Assembly (NCBI RefSeq): GCF_003991155.1
Contig: NZ_CP031297.1
Reading direction: 5' to 3' (one strand)
Source of the DNA: Escherichia coli
Lineage (GTDB): Bacteria; Pseudomonadota; Gammaproteobacteria; Enterobacterales; Enterobacteriaceae
Length of the DNA stretch: 64,000 bases
The notes beneath the pieces are model-generated. The model was not told the DNA's origin. It searched no databases and saw only the letters and a list, made by a program, of their open reading frames with translations. Every line of letters begins with the position of its first letter. The first letter of the stretch is position 1. The position numbers and the translations under genes were made by a program. Positions 9,233 to 18,331 of this stretch are shown here, one piece after another.

Positions 9233-9661
9233 ATGATCAAGATTACAACTAAATTGGGGTGCCTTCTGGCGGGGCTGCTTGTCCTGTCGGCTTGCTCAAG
9301 CGTCCCTCAGACAAGCAACGAATACACGAAAGCCCTGGATGATACCAAACAGGTATGTGCTGCCTGTGCTCTGGTTGGTAATGACCTGCTGGTTGCCCTC
9401 AACAAGTCATGCGACAAACCCATAACCCCGGAGACTCTAACCAGCGTCATGAACAGTAACTCGATGTTTGCCGCCATGATGGCAATTAACTCCATTGGTG
9501 GAACCGACCTTTATCAGGTTTACCGTGATGCGGCTATCGACACCCTGCGATGCAATGAGATGGACACTTGGCCTGAACGGACCAAGGTGCGTTTCCAGCA
9601 GCCCGACATGCAAAAGGCGCTGGCCTTGAGGGTTTCTGTCAGACAGCAGAATGCAAATTAA
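9233..9661 (+). CDS. putative lipoprotein
   Basis: 142 aa; signal peptide with lipobox LSAC. Confidence 0.55.
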   Translation: MIKITTKLGCLLAGLLVLSACSSVPQTSNEYTKALDDTKQVCAACALVGNDLLVALNKSCDKPITPETLTSVMNSNSMFAAMMAINSIGGTDLYQVYRDAAIDTLRCNEMDTWPERTKVRFQQPDMQKALALRVSVRQQNAN

Positions 9662-9678
9662 CTTTCACATGTGAAAGT
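9661..9678. promoter_or_regulatory. parS-like 18-bp perfect palindrome ACTTTCACATGTGAAAGT
   Basis: Exact; overlaps stop of ORF 9233..9661, upstream of 9719. Confidence 0.6.
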
Positions 9679-9718
9679 CAGGTCCCTCAGGGGCCTGATT
9701 TCACTATGAGGTGTACCA

Positions 9719-10078
9719 ATGGAGTTACAAGAAGCAAAAAATGCTCTCGATAGCCTTCACCCCCACAAGGCCTCAGCCCCTTTGAGGCTTGTCATCCACC
9801 AGCCTGGAGGGATTGGTGGAACCCCTACCGTAGGGGTGAAAGCAATTCATGCTGGGTTTGATTGGGACAGCAACACCATCCTGATCTACCCGGAAGAGCA
9901 GCTCACCCGGTTGACGCCGGATGAGGTCGCCGCCATCACGAAGTCAGTATCGAAGGGACAGTCCTGGCATTCATATCAGCAGTTCAAGAAGTATCGGGAG
10001 CAGTTGGCCGAAGCCACGGAGGAAATTAATAGGCTCAGGGCTGAGCTGGGCAGGTATCAGAATAACGGGAGGGGGTAA
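9719..10078 (+). CDS. hypothetical protein
   Basis: 119-aa ORF. Confidence 0.45.
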   Translation: MELQEAKNALDSLHPHKASAPLRLVIHQPGGIGGTPTVGVKAIHAGFDWDSNTILIYPEEQLTRLTPDEVAAITKSVSKGQSWHSYQQFKKYREQLAEATEEINRLRAELGRYQNNGRG

Positions 10079-10524
10079 TGCTAAAACGCGGAATTATCAA
10101 TCTCGCTGCTAGTTACATCATTGTTGATGCCCTACTCCGGAATGCAGCAATTTGGATCTTTGGCTTGTCCTTCTCCATTGGTGGCACTTACGTCGCTGGC
10201 GAGGCCAGTACATGGGGCGTTTACCTAGCCACTTCTGGTGCAATGACACTCTGTTCTGTCGTAACAGCCTACCTGCTCGTGACCTATCACCGCTGGGGGC
10301 TGATGACGGCCAGGGTCTGGCTGCTATTGAGTGCCTGCCTAAACGGCTATGCCGTCTATTTGAGCAGCCACAACATCCAGTTGGTGGTGGCACTGCTTTC
10401 CAGCCTGTTTATTGCTTTGTGGATGCTCAAGACCCTTGAGCAACCAGCAGTGAAGGGGACGTACAAGGTAATCGCTGATCTTCACCGTCAGCTATGGGGA
10501 ATGTTGAAGGGACAAACACAATGA
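10078..10524 (+). CDS. hypothetical membrane protein
   Basis: 148 aa, ~4 hydrophobic segments. Confidence 0.5.
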   Translation: MLKRGIINLAASYIIVDALLRNAAIWIFGLSFSIGGTYVAGEASTWGVYLATSGAMTLCSVVTAYLLVTYHRWGLMTARVWLLLSACLNGYAVYLSSHNIQLVVALLSSLFIALWMLKTLEQPAVKGTYKVIADLHRQLWGMLKGQTQ

Positions 10525-11039
10525 CGACGAATACTCAAAACGCGAACGCCAACCAGGTTCGGTCTTTACGCGACATGCTTGTCCCCGCCCTGTTGTTCTA
10601 TGTGGTGATGACGGCCATGTTTGTGGGTCTTGACGCATTCATGGATAAACCCACCAGCATGAACCTGCCATTTATGCCGTTCCTTGTCTCGATGGTGAGT
10701 TTTACCAGTGACGCACGTCGAGCGTGGGACTGGCGGAACGGGACCAAGGTTGTGGCCGTATTGACTGCGGTAGCCATGCTGTTGGCATTCATCTATCAAC
10801 TCGCGGTCGGAGAGGTAAATCTCTTAGGGGTTGGTATATACCCGGCCACAGCCATCCTTCTGTTGGCAATCACCTGGGTGATTCGCGCTATCGGAAAGAC
10901 GGCTCCTTTCCAGTTCCTGGGGAGACACCTGGCGCGGTTTGGTGCATCGAAGTGGGTCCAGCGTACCGCCGCAGTCATTGTGCTCGCGGGTGGCCTTGCC
11001 ATCACTGTCTATGCCTACTGGCTTAACCACGGGAGCTGA
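10494..11039 (+). CDS. hypothetical membrane protein
   Basis: 181 aa, multiple hydrophobic segments. Confidence 0.5.
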   Translation: MGNVEGTNTMTTNTQNANANQVRSLRDMLVPALLFYVVMTAMFVGLDAFMDKPTSMNLPFMPFLVSMVSFTSDARRAWDWRNGTKVVAVLTAVAMLLAFIYQLAVGEVNLLGVGIYPATAILLLAITWVIRAIGKTAPFQFLGRHLARFGASKWVQRTAAVIVLAGGLAITVYAYWLNHGS

Positions 11040-11269
11040 TGATGATCATTGCAACGAAGAGCGGCTTGCTGGTGGCCGCAGAACTAATCAAGGAAGAGGC
11101 CGGGTACTGGCTACTACAGCCTCGTGACCAAAAGACGCCGGTCAGAGTGAATAAGCAAGATGACAATAAACGCGCTTTCACGCATATGGGAGACGCCCTT
11201 CGCTGGGCAGGTGATCCTGAGCTTGCAAAGCAGTTCGATGCCGAGGGGGAAGAACATGCAAATTCGTGA
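11039..11269 (+). CDS. small hypothetical protein
   Basis: 76-aa ORF, start overlaps previous stop. Confidence 0.3.
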   Translation: MMIIATKSGLLVAAELIKEEAGYWLLQPRDQKTPVRVNKQDDNKRAFTHMGDALRWAGDPELAKQFDAEGEEHANS

Positions 11270-12113
11270 CTACATGACAAAGTTGTTTGAAGCATTTGGT
11301 GATGTAGAAGAAGTCACCCGAGAAATGCTTCTGGAGCAGGCGGAGCTCATTCATACGATCAGCGATAAGTGTCAGAGCACAGGCCTGTTTCTGGATAGTC
11401 AGGTTCGTTTCAACCAGTTCGTTCAAGAGATTGAGGCTGACGACAATGTAGAGGATCGGTTGCTTCATGCTTGGTGCTGGGTAATGGACCGAATAGTGAA
11501 GGCACCAACATCCTTTCACATGGATGGGGCTGTGATTTTGACAATGCCTCTGGTCGCCAGATACCTGCCACCAGTTGAACGGGAGCCGGAAACCATCGTG
11601 GTGAATCTCGATGAGGACTACAAGGCTCCTGTAGGCAACCAAACACTCTGCGAGCTCATTATGGAACGGAGGCATTGGCCGCAAGGTGCAACGTGCGCGA
11701 CCCAAGAAGCGGATGGTGAAATCCTCTACTGGGACGCCCCGGTTCAGGTAGTAGAGGAAGGCAGAAAGGCCGCTGGCAAGCATGGCATGATGGCTGAAAT
11801 AGGATTAAAGCATCAAGTAGACTTTTGGTTTTCTGACATGGCCGAAACTCGGCTCGCAACCGATTGGAACACCGCCGTCATCACACCTCACTGCTTGCTA
11901 CTTTCCTATCTTGATGTGCTCCAAAAGAACAAAGTGCCGTTTGATGAGGGGGTGCGGCTCGCTGCCGAATGGGTAACGCAACTTGGTGGGGAGTCTCGTA
12001 AAGATACCGAGGAAGAGCCGGAAGCTGATGCTACGGTGCTTTCCCTTGGGCGAGCCACAGCTCATTGCTTTAAACCTTATCCGGACACACAAAATTTCTA
12101 TTACGAGGCCTAA
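11256..12113 (+). CDS. hypothetical protein
   Basis: ~286 aa from ATG 11256 (RBS GAGGGGGAA) within ORF 11160..12113. Confidence 0.45.
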   Translation: MQIRDYMTKLFEAFGDVEEVTREMLLEQAELIHTISDKCQSTGLFLDSQVRFNQFVQEIEADDNVEDRLLHAWCWVMDRIVKAPTSFHMDGAVILTMPLVARYLPPVEREPETIVVNLDEDYKAPVGNQTLCELIMERRHWPQGATCATQEADGEILYWDAPVQVVEEGRKAAGKHGMMAEIGLKHQVDFWFSDMAETRLATDWNTAVITPHCLLLSYLDVLQKNKVPFDEGVRLAAEWVTQLGGESRKDTEEEPEADATVLSLGRATAHCFKPYPDTQNFYYEA

Positions 12114-12138
12114 GCCTCACCCAAACAGGAGGATCAAC

Positions 12139-12330
12139 ATGCGATACCAGGTATTTAAAACGAAGGAAGGGGGCCTGCCGGTGTTTACTGCACCGTGGTA
12201 CTGGTTGGCCTCTGCCATTGCTCACTGGTCATCTCTTAACTGGGATGCCTGTCGAATCGTAGACAGCAAGGCGGATAAAACAATGCTCTGCTGGGCCAAG
12301 GCTCTACCGGCTGCAAAAAAGATGGAGTGA
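12139..12330 (+). CDS. small hypothetical protein
   Basis: 63 aa, RBS AGGAGG. Confidence 0.3.
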   Translation: MRYQVFKTKEGGLPVFTAPWYWLASAIAHWSSLNWDACRIVDSKADKTMLCWAKALPAAKKME

Positions 12331-12332
12331 TT

Positions 12333-12860
12333 ATGAGGTTCGGTTTTGCAAAAAAGACGGGGATTTCAGCGTTCCTATCAGCAATGCTGGTGCTGGCTCC
12401 TCATGTGTGGGCAGAGACCTTCACTGCAAAGGTTGTGGGGGTGTCTGATGGTGATACGGTCAAAGTGCTAACGGAACAAAGCTGCGATACCGGAAAAGAC
12501 TGCCGGAGTGGCAAGATCCAGTACCGAGTAAGGCTCGCGGAGATCGATACTCCAGAGAAAAAGCAGCCATACGGCTCAAAGGCGAAGCAGGCCTTATCAG
12601 ATCTGGTGTTTGGTCGAATGATCAAAGTGGAGCAAATCGACAAAGACCGTTATGGCCGCCTGGTTGCCAATCTCTATGTCGATGGCAAATGGGTCAATGC
12701 CGAAATGGTCCGTTCTGGGAGTGCGTGGGTGTACCGGCAGTACGCCAAAACACCGGAGCTGTTCAAGCTGGAGACCGAGGCCAAAGCCGATAAGCGAGGT
12801 CTCTGGGCATTACCGGAATCGGAGAGAACTCCCCCTTGGGAGTGGCGAAGAAAGCACTAA
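12333..12860 (+). CDS. secreted thermonuclease (staphylococcal nuclease-like, SNase fold)
   Basis: Signal peptide; AKVVGVSDGDTVKV ... RLAEIDTPE ... GRLVANLYVDG pattern typical of SNase homologues. Confidence 0.8.
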   Translation: MRFGFAKKTGISAFLSAMLVLAPHVWAETFTAKVVGVSDGDTVKVLTEQSCDTGKDCRSGKIQYRVRLAEIDTPEKKQPYGSKAKQALSDLVFGRMIKVEQIDKDRYGRLVANLYVDGKWVNAEMVRSGSAWVYRQYAKTPELFKLETEAKADKRGLWALPESERTPPWEWRRKH

Positions 12861-12917
12861 CCACACCCCAGAGTATGCAGGTGTAAACAGTAACCAAGAA
12901 AACAAACAGGAATAACG

Positions 12918-13190
12918 ATGAACAAAAGCGAACTGATTATGAAAGTGGCCGAAGACGCTGATATTAGCAAAGCAAAGGCCGAAGCTGCGGTAAATGCGCT
13001 GATCAACTCAGTGAAAGAGGTGCTTAAAGCGGGTGGGACAGTAGCGCTTACTGGGTTTGGTACTTTCCACGTTAAGGAACGCGCAGCGCGAACCGGACGG
13101 AATCCCCAGACTGGAGAGAACATCCAGATCGCGGCGGCCAACATTCCTGGGTTCAAAGCTGGTAAGGGGTTGAAAGACTCCGTGAACTAG
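12918..13190 (+). CDS. HU-family histone-like DNA-binding protein
   Basis: 90 aa; MNKSELI...GFGTF...R.ARTGRNP.TGE.I.I motif characteristic of HU/IHF. Confidence 0.85.
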   Translation: MNKSELIMKVAEDADISKAKAEAAVNALINSVKEVLKAGGTVALTGFGTFHVKERAARTGRNPQTGENIQIAAANIPGFKAGKGLKDSVN

Positions 13191-13207
13191 ATCTTAATCA
13201 TGTGACA

Positions 13208-13255
13208 CATGAATAAGGTTTACATAAGGCTCCTTTCGTGGGAGCCTTATTCATA
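13208..13255 (+). terminator. hairpin/terminator-like structure after HU gene
   Basis: AAGGCTCC-TTTCGT-GGGAGCCTT stem-loop flanked by CATGAATAAGG direct repeat; weak T-run. Confidence 0.35.
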
Positions 13256-13278
13256 TCAGACATGAATAAGGGGGCGGA

Positions 13279-13572
13279 ATGAGGTTGTCGTCAACTCAAA
13301 AGGACGTTTTGTTCATTCTATACGCAATTGAGGCCGGTGGAAAAGCCGAGCCTGTACCAGGTGTAAAAATACTGGAGATGATCAACTCAGCTCGCCAGAG
13401 CGGTATTCATGGAACGAACTTCCGAACGTCATGCCACACGCTGGTGGAGAATGGCCTGTTGAACAAGTACCGGAATGCTTCTCTAAAGCTGGCCTTTAGG
13501 CTGACCGACGATGGCAGGGAACGTGCAGGAGAGATATACCGCAAACGGCTGGAGGAAGTGCAAGATAAGTAA
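13279..13572 (+). CDS. hypothetical protein
   Basis: 97-aa ORF. Confidence 0.4.
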   Translation: MRLSSTQKDVLFILYAIEAGGKAEPVPGVKILEMINSARQSGIHGTNFRTSCHTLVENGLLNKYRNASLKLAFRLTDDGRERAGEIYRKRLEEVQDK

Positions 13573-13598
13573 TACGCCCCATAACGGGGCGTATCGAG

Positions 13599-13901
13599 TT
13601 AAACGGCAAAGCCGTAGTGGGTGCCGTCCGGAAGTTCAACATCGAGGCGTAGCTTGCCACCGGAGGCCTCAACGTACCGCTTAATGGACGACAGCTTGAG
13701 ATCTCGTCCAGGTTTTTCCATCTCGGAGACTGTCGGCTGTCTCACACCCAGAGATGCAGCAATTTCCCCCTGGGTAAGGTTCATGCGATCACGAAGCTCT
13801 GCCAAGTGGATGTTCAGTAACATCTCAGTGGCCGCTTTCTGTGCTTTGGCAACAACCTCAGGCTTTTCTGTTGCCAGCATTTGGTCAAGAGTTCTTGCCA
13901 T
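13599..13901 (-). CDS. HTH XRE-family antitoxin (HigA-like)
   Basis: 100 aa; HTH MNLTQGEIAASLGVRQPTVSEME; 5-bp gap to upstream toxin gene. Confidence 0.75.
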   Translation of the reverse strand: MARTLDQMLATEKPEVVAKAQKAATEMLLNIHLAELRDRMNLTQGEIAASLGVRQPTVSEMEKPGRDLKLSSIKRYVEASGGKLRLDVELPDGTHYGFAV

Positions 13902-13905
13902 AACG

Positions 13906-14256
13906 TCACTCCTTCTTCAATTTATCCAAGTGCGCCGCAAACTCGCGGTCTGCAATTGGGATCATTACTTCATAAAACCTTTTCTCGTCCCCGGTCTTGT
14001 TACCGGCGCAGAGAAGAATCCCCTTACGCTTTGGATCGAACGCAAAGAATGCCCTGATAGGATCTCCTTTGCTTTGGACCCGCAGCTCTTTCATGTTGCT
14101 GTAGGATGAACCGTTAACAGTATCCGCGTATGGTCTCGACAGCATGGGACCTCTATCTCGCAGCACCATCATCGAAGCCAGCACGTTGGCTCTATCGGTA
14201 TCATCCAGTGCATCGAACCACTCATCAAAGGTGTCAGTTGTCTCGATGACCCACAT
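13906..14256 (-). CDS. RelE/ParE-superfamily toxin (HigB-like)
   Basis: 116 aa; toxin-first gene order with XRE antitoxin. Confidence 0.7.
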   Translation of the reverse strand: MWVIETTDTFDEWFDALDDTDRANVLASMMVLRDRGPMLSRPYADTVNGSSYSNMKELRVQSKGDPIRAFFAFDPKRKGILLCAGNKTGDEKRFYEVMIPIADREFAAHLDKLKKE

Positions 14257-14418
14257 GGTTTCTCCTTACTTAATATAGGTGCAATCCTATATAGATTCAA
14301 ACCTATAATCAAGAAAAATCGGCGGCTATGGGGGACGAAATGCCGGTAAGTAGTCATGTGACTAAAATAGGGGGTAGAATAGGCCTCAATATAGTCATGT
14401 GACTAAAAGGTGTACTGA

Positions 14419-14967
14419 ATGAACAACCTGCCCCTACTGCTCGACGCAAGAGAAGCCATTGACTACTACCACCAGCATCCAGACATGACTGATGCAGAAA
14501 AGGCCTATGTGGTCGCGTTCCTAAGCGGAGAGGGGCGCTCAAACAGTCAGATCAGAGAGGAACTGGGGATTGAGAAGGTATACACGGTTACACACCTGAA
14601 ACGCGCCGGTACGCTGTCGGAGGAAGAGCTCACACTCTGGCTCAGAAATCCACGCAAGATCACCCTGGGACATGTGAGAGCCGTGGCTAAGTTACCTATC
14701 AGCAAGAGAGAAAAGCTCCTGAGGGATCTCCTGCATACCAGGACACCGGTTCATACATATGAGGCGATAGCGAAGGGCAAAGAAGTGGATAGGGATGCTG
14801 ACATTAAGCGTCTGGAAACCCTGATGAGCGATGCGACGGGTAGGCCCATCAAAATTCGCTATAACCCCGCGAAGCGCTCCGGGGAGCTGACGCTGGGATT
14901 CTTCACGCTCGATGACCTGGATGACGTGTGCAAGGCTCTGGGGTTTGATCCAAGCGAGCAGATGTAA
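14419..14967 (+). CDS. hypothetical protein, possible HTH
   Basis: 182 aa; ITLGHVRAVAKLP segment reminiscent of ParB-type HTH (weak). Confidence 0.4.
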   Translation: MNNLPLLLDAREAIDYYHQHPDMTDAEKAYVVAFLSGEGRSNSQIREELGIEKVYTVTHLKRAGTLSEEELTLWLRNPRKITLGHVRAVAKLPISKREKLLRDLLHTRTPVHTYEAIAKGKEVDRDADIKRLETLMSDATGRPIKIRYNPAKRSGELTLGFFTLDDLDDVCKALGFDPSEQM

Positions 14968-14975
14968 ACCAGAAA

Positions 14976-14993
14976 ACTTTCACATGTGAAAGT
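14976..14993. promoter_or_regulatory. parS-like 18-bp perfect palindrome ACTTTCACATGTGAAAGT
   Basis: Exact; 9 bp after stop of ORF 14419..14967. Confidence 0.6.
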
Positions 14994-15015
14994 CTTGCAA
15001 GGTGTCTTTTTATTG

Positions 15016-15043
15016 TTTACAGTATCATAAAATGAATCTGTAA
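15016..15043. promoter_or_regulatory. 28-bp palindrome family copy (TTTACAGTATCATAAAATGAATCTGTAAA)
   Basis: Adjacent to parS-like site, upstream of ORF 15057. Confidence 0.5.
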
Positions 15044-15056
15044 AGGTGCGCGATGA

Positions 15057-15308
15057 ATGTGCTTCCAACGAAAAGCTGGCCTTGGGCGTTATAACTCAAC
15101 CAGACCTGAGTGGCTGGCGGCGTACCGAAACGCAAGATGTATGAGAAGCTCAGGTAAAGAACCTGATGCTTCTCTTTCCGGGATAGCTTGGAAGGCGCAA
15201 CTCATTGTTGCCCATGAAAGAGGCAGAATTGACAGCCTGGCTGTCCCTTTGGATGCCAGATTGATAGCAAAGAACCTCATCGACGAGATCCTTGCTGAGG
15301 AGAACTGA
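15057..15308 (+). CDS. hypothetical protein
   Basis: 83-aa ORF. Confidence 0.35.
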   Translation: MCFQRKAGLGRYNSTRPEWLAAYRNARCMRSSGKEPDASLSGIAWKAQLIVAHERGRIDSLAVPLDARLIAKNLIDEILAEEN

Positions 15309-15502
15309 TGGACGAAAAAATTACCTACGAAGAAATGCTTGAACAACTCGACCAGAAAGGCATCCGCGTCACCAACGGGGCGAGACGGCTTTATGTCGCG
15401 TTGAACAACGGAGTCAAAGCTGAGGTGCTGGGTAACTGCGGTCCCGCCACAATCAGCTTGGTTGACGGGATGATTGTTGTGGAAGAGCAGACTCTCCACT
15501 AA
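15308..15502 (+). CDS. hypothetical protein
   Basis: 64-aa ORF, start overlaps previous stop. Confidence 0.35.
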   Translation: MDEKITYEEMLEQLDQKGIRVTNGARRLYVALNNGVKAEVLGNCGPATISLVDGMIVVEEQTLH

Positions 15503-15512
15503 GGGCAGCAGC

Positions 15513-15884
15513 ATGGGCAAAAAAGTACACATCATTTGTGGAAAGTGCGGCAGTGACGAGATGAACTTTGTCATCAATGGACACTGTCCAGACGATCCCC
15601 AGAATGTTGCCAGTATGTCCTGCTCAAATTGTTGCGAACTGACAGGCATAGCCGAGTGGTCGGAATTTAATGGACGTGAGCTGAAAGGTGAAGCCGTCGC
15701 CCTATCAACACCGGCAAACGTGAATGCTCTTCTAGGATTGCTTCGCCAGGCGATGGACAGCGTTGAGTATCGCCTCTATGGCGGGGGCATGTCATTGAGC
15801 GGTAATGATGCTGCCGAACTCATAGACCTCCAGGAGCGAGCTGAGAAGGTCTTGTCTGTTCTTCGGAGTGATCAGCATGAGTGA
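15513..15884 (+). CDS. hypothetical protein with N-terminal CxxC zinc-ribbon-like motif
   Basis: ~123 aa from ATG 15513; ICGKCGSDEM. Confidence 0.4.
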   Translation: MGKKVHIICGKCGSDEMNFVINGHCPDDPQNVASMSCSNCCELTGIAEWSEFNGRELKGEAVALSTPANVNALLGLLRQAMDSVEYRLYGGGMSLSGNDAAELIDLQERAEKVLSVLRSDQHE

Positions 15885-16347
15885 TTTATACGAACCGCTT
15901 GAGTTTGTGTTCTGCGGCTTTAGGAAAGGGGACGCTGGGCTCTTTATCTCGGTAGCCACTTTGCGCGATGGTGTTTTAGGCCGTGAGATGTATTTCTCAA
16001 AGGGAAAAAGCAAAAGGCGCTGGGTTGTCGGTGGCATTTACTCAGGGGCCTCGTTTTCGGACAACGGAGCAAAAGGTCTGGATGATGCTCATTACGTTAA
16101 AGCATGGGAAGTGCAAGGCGACAAGATAGAGTGGCAAGCAAAAAGCGAGCAAGCCGAAGCCTTGGCGCGAAGCGAGAAACTTGAAGCCGACGATAGGAAG
16201 CGCAATGAACTCGAAGAGCTGATGCTACCCATCAGGAAGCAATATGGGGCATTAACAAAGCGACGTGATAGGGCAGGGGCCGCAGCTCTTGAAGAAGCTG
16301 TCCTGAGAGCGCTGAGAGCGCCCATCAGGAAGGCTGAGGAGAAATAA
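15868..16347 (+). CDS. hypothetical protein
   Basis: 159-aa ORF. Confidence 0.4.
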   Translation: MISMSDLYEPLEFVFCGFRKGDAGLFISVATLRDGVLGREMYFSKGKSKRRWVVGGIYSGASFSDNGAKGLDDAHYVKAWEVQGDKIEWQAKSEQAEALARSEKLEADDRKRNELEELMLPIRKQYGALTKRRDRAGAAALEEAVLRALRAPIRKAEEK

Positions 16348-16361
16348 CCGTGGAGCCAGTC

Positions 16362-16703
16362 TTAGCTAAAGCATTCGCCGGTTTTAAAGTCGTAGCTGTA
16401 AGTGCCCATCAGATTGGCTTTTCGGCTTTTTTTGCCATTGGTGTTTGCTGGCGCTTTAGGGGTCGCAAGTACGCCATAGAACAGGATACCAACAAGTGCC
16501 GCTTGCCACGCGAAAACAGCAACCAGAATCCAAAAAGCAGCAGCCAGAACCGGCAGTTTGTGCAGAAGGTTGAGCACCGGCTTGGCCCAAATCACTGCCG
16601 GGATAGCCAGCACTGCGTAACCCCAGTTGGTTGCCTCAAGCATAGCCAGGCCAAGAACAACAACAGCCATCAGCGCGATATTCAGTACATGTTTCATGGT
16701 CAT
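16362..16703 (-). CDS. small membrane protein
   Basis: 113 aa, 3-4 hydrophobic segments; convergent with upstream gene. Confidence 0.4.
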   Translation of the reverse strand: MTMKHVLNIALMAVVVLGLAMLEATNWGYAVLAIPAVIWAKPVLNLLHKLPVLAAAFWILVAVFAWQAALVGILFYGVLATPKAPANTNGKKSRKANLMGTYSYDFKTGECFS

Positions 16704-16793
16704 CTCTCCTTTTCAACTTACACTTTTATCCTATCACAGCATTAAAAAATGCAACTGTGAAAGGGCGTTTTTCATTCAAAAAGAGGTGACACT

Positions 16794-17282
16794 TTGAGTG
16801 CAATTATCAGCAAGTGCGGCATGTACAGATACCGTCTGGAAAGGGATGTGCAACCCGAAGGCCTTGTGTTCGGTTATTTTGGTGTAAACGGCTCTACGGC
16901 CACGGCCACCGAGGACGATCACACGGTCAGAAAGTGGATAGGGTTTACCAAGGTCAACGGAGGGAGGCGATTCATAGTCGGTAATGCTTTTGCTTTTCGG
17001 GCGACCGACGTTCGAGAGCTGGCTACGGCGGTTGATCCTGTCGGGCCTGAAAATGAAATCCACTTGGAAAGGATTATTCGGGATGCTGATGTCTTGGTGC
17101 CCTGCTGGGGGAGCCGAACTAAGCTGCCTAAGTCTTTGCATGTTCATTTGGACAGGCTTTTAGAGCAGCTCGTTGCATCTGGGAAGCCGGTATTGGCATT
17201 TGGCGTGACTGGTTCGGGGGACCCGAAGCACCCACTAATGCTTGGATATTCGACAAAACTTGTGCCCTGGGGAGGAAAATAA
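16794..17282 (+). CDS. DUF1643-like protein
   Basis: 162 aa; N-terminal CGMYRYRLER motif that I recall as the DUF1643 signature. Confidence 0.5.
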   Translation: MSAIISKCGMYRYRLERDVQPEGLVFGYFGVNGSTATATEDDHTVRKWIGFTKVNGGRRFIVGNAFAFRATDVRELATAVDPVGPENEIHLERIIRDADVLVPCWGSRTKLPKSLHVHLDRLLEQLVASGKPVLAFGVTGSGDPKHPLMLGYSTKLVPWGGK

Positions 17283-17284
17283 TT

Positions 17285-17782
17285 ATGTCGATGCTTGAAG
17301 CACGTTACTTCGTGGCAAAGATAAGCGATGCACAGGCCGTGCTCTGCGATGAGGAGCTGGCGACACTGGAAAGGCTGATCCGGAAGGTTGATGATGGCCG
17401 CAGAGCAAATGGCAAGAGCTCGCTTACTTGCGTTGTTGTCGAAGAAGATTGGCCGAACTGGCAGCAAACGGTTGACTCTGTACTTTCACTTGCTGACGGG
17501 AAAGACAACGATTGGACCAATGCCACACCAGAACAAATCAAGGCCTTTTGGGTCGATGACTCAGTTTGGAAAACTCTGGATGGCCGGGATAAATGGATTG
17601 AAGATCTCGACCTGCTGGTGGACGGTTCCCCGGTGGCTTCTGAGTGGGAACCTTTTGGCTTGGAATCAGGGCAGTCTGTCGTCATACGAGGCGGATGGAT
17701 AGAAGGGAATGCCTTGAGTGATGATGGCGTACCGCTAGTGCAGGCATTCGTCGCTTGGAAACAGGGCCAAGACAACCACTAA
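17285..17782 (+). CDS. hypothetical protein
   Basis: 165-aa ORF. Confidence 0.45.
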   Translation: MSMLEARYFVAKISDAQAVLCDEELATLERLIRKVDDGRRANGKSSLTCVVVEEDWPNWQQTVDSVLSLADGKDNDWTNATPEQIKAFWVDDSVWKTLDGRDKWIEDLDLLVDGSPVASEWEPFGLESGQSVVIRGGWIEGNALSDDGVPLVQAFVAWKQGQDNH

Positions 17783-17828
17783 AGGAAAATTACTTCGGAA
17801 GGGCGGCTATGGCCGCTTTCTTTTTAAT

Positions 17829-17856
17829 ATTTACAGTATCACATAATGATACTATG
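17829..17856. promoter_or_regulatory. 28-bp palindrome family copy (TTTACAGTATCACATAATGATACTATGA)
   Basis: Upstream of ORF 17886. Confidence 0.45.
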
Positions 17857-17885
17857 ATGTTGTTAATTTACTTGGGGAGGCGCTT

Positions 17886-18149
17886 ATGCTCACTGCTAAA
17901 TGTATAGGGTGCGGATGCACCGATGATCACGCTTGTGTTGAAAACGGTCAACCGTGTCACTGGCTTCGCGTGAATAGAGTGGAAGGTATCGGGGTCTGCT
18001 CTTCGTGCCCGGATGCTCTCAATCAATTCGCATCGACCAGCCAGGAACAAGCAACTGGACAGGATGACTACCGGAACAGTCCAGAATGGAAGGATTTTTC
18101 ATCACGCATTGGTAATGCACTATGCGGGGGCCGGAGCAAAGCAAAGTAA
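17886..18149 (+). CDS. Cys-rich small protein
   Basis: 87 aa; CIGCGC ... CSSC. Confidence 0.4.
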   Translation: MLTAKCIGCGCTDDHACVENGQPCHWLRVNRVEGIGVCSSCPDALNQFASTSQEQATGQDDYRNSPEWKDFSSRIGNALCGGRSKAK

Positions 18150-18154
18150 GGTAA

Positions 18155-18176
18155 AAACGGCTATGCCGTTTTTTAT
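18155..18176 (+). terminator. rho-independent terminator
   Basis: AACGGC-TAT-GCCGTT hairpin followed by T-run. Confidence 0.5.
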
Positions 18177-18183
18177 TTGTCTA

Positions 18184-18226
18184 TTACGGCATCACATTAT
18201 AAGCCTGTAAATGCTGAATCTGTAAT
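18184..18226. promoter_or_regulatory. degenerate 28-bp palindrome family copy
   Basis: TTACGGCATCACATTATAAGCCTGTAAATGCTGAATCTGTAA. Confidence 0.35.
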
Positions 18227-18241
18227 TGCCCAAAATGGGCG
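18227..18241. promoter_or_regulatory. TGCCCAAAATGGGCG motif (third cis-element family)
   Basis: GCCC-N5-GGGC inverted repeat. Confidence 0.4.
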
Positions 18242-18311
18242 TGAGCAGGGGCGGGGTGTGAGGTCGTTCTAAGGCAAAATACTTTGTACTGGCAGAACAA
18301 AGAAAGAATGA

Positions 18312-18329
18312 ACTTTCACATGTGAAAGT
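18312..18329. promoter_or_regulatory. parS-like 18-bp perfect palindrome ACTTTCACATGTGAAAGT
   Basis: Exact; 2 bp upstream of ORF 18332. Confidence 0.6.
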
Positions 18330-18331
18330 TT

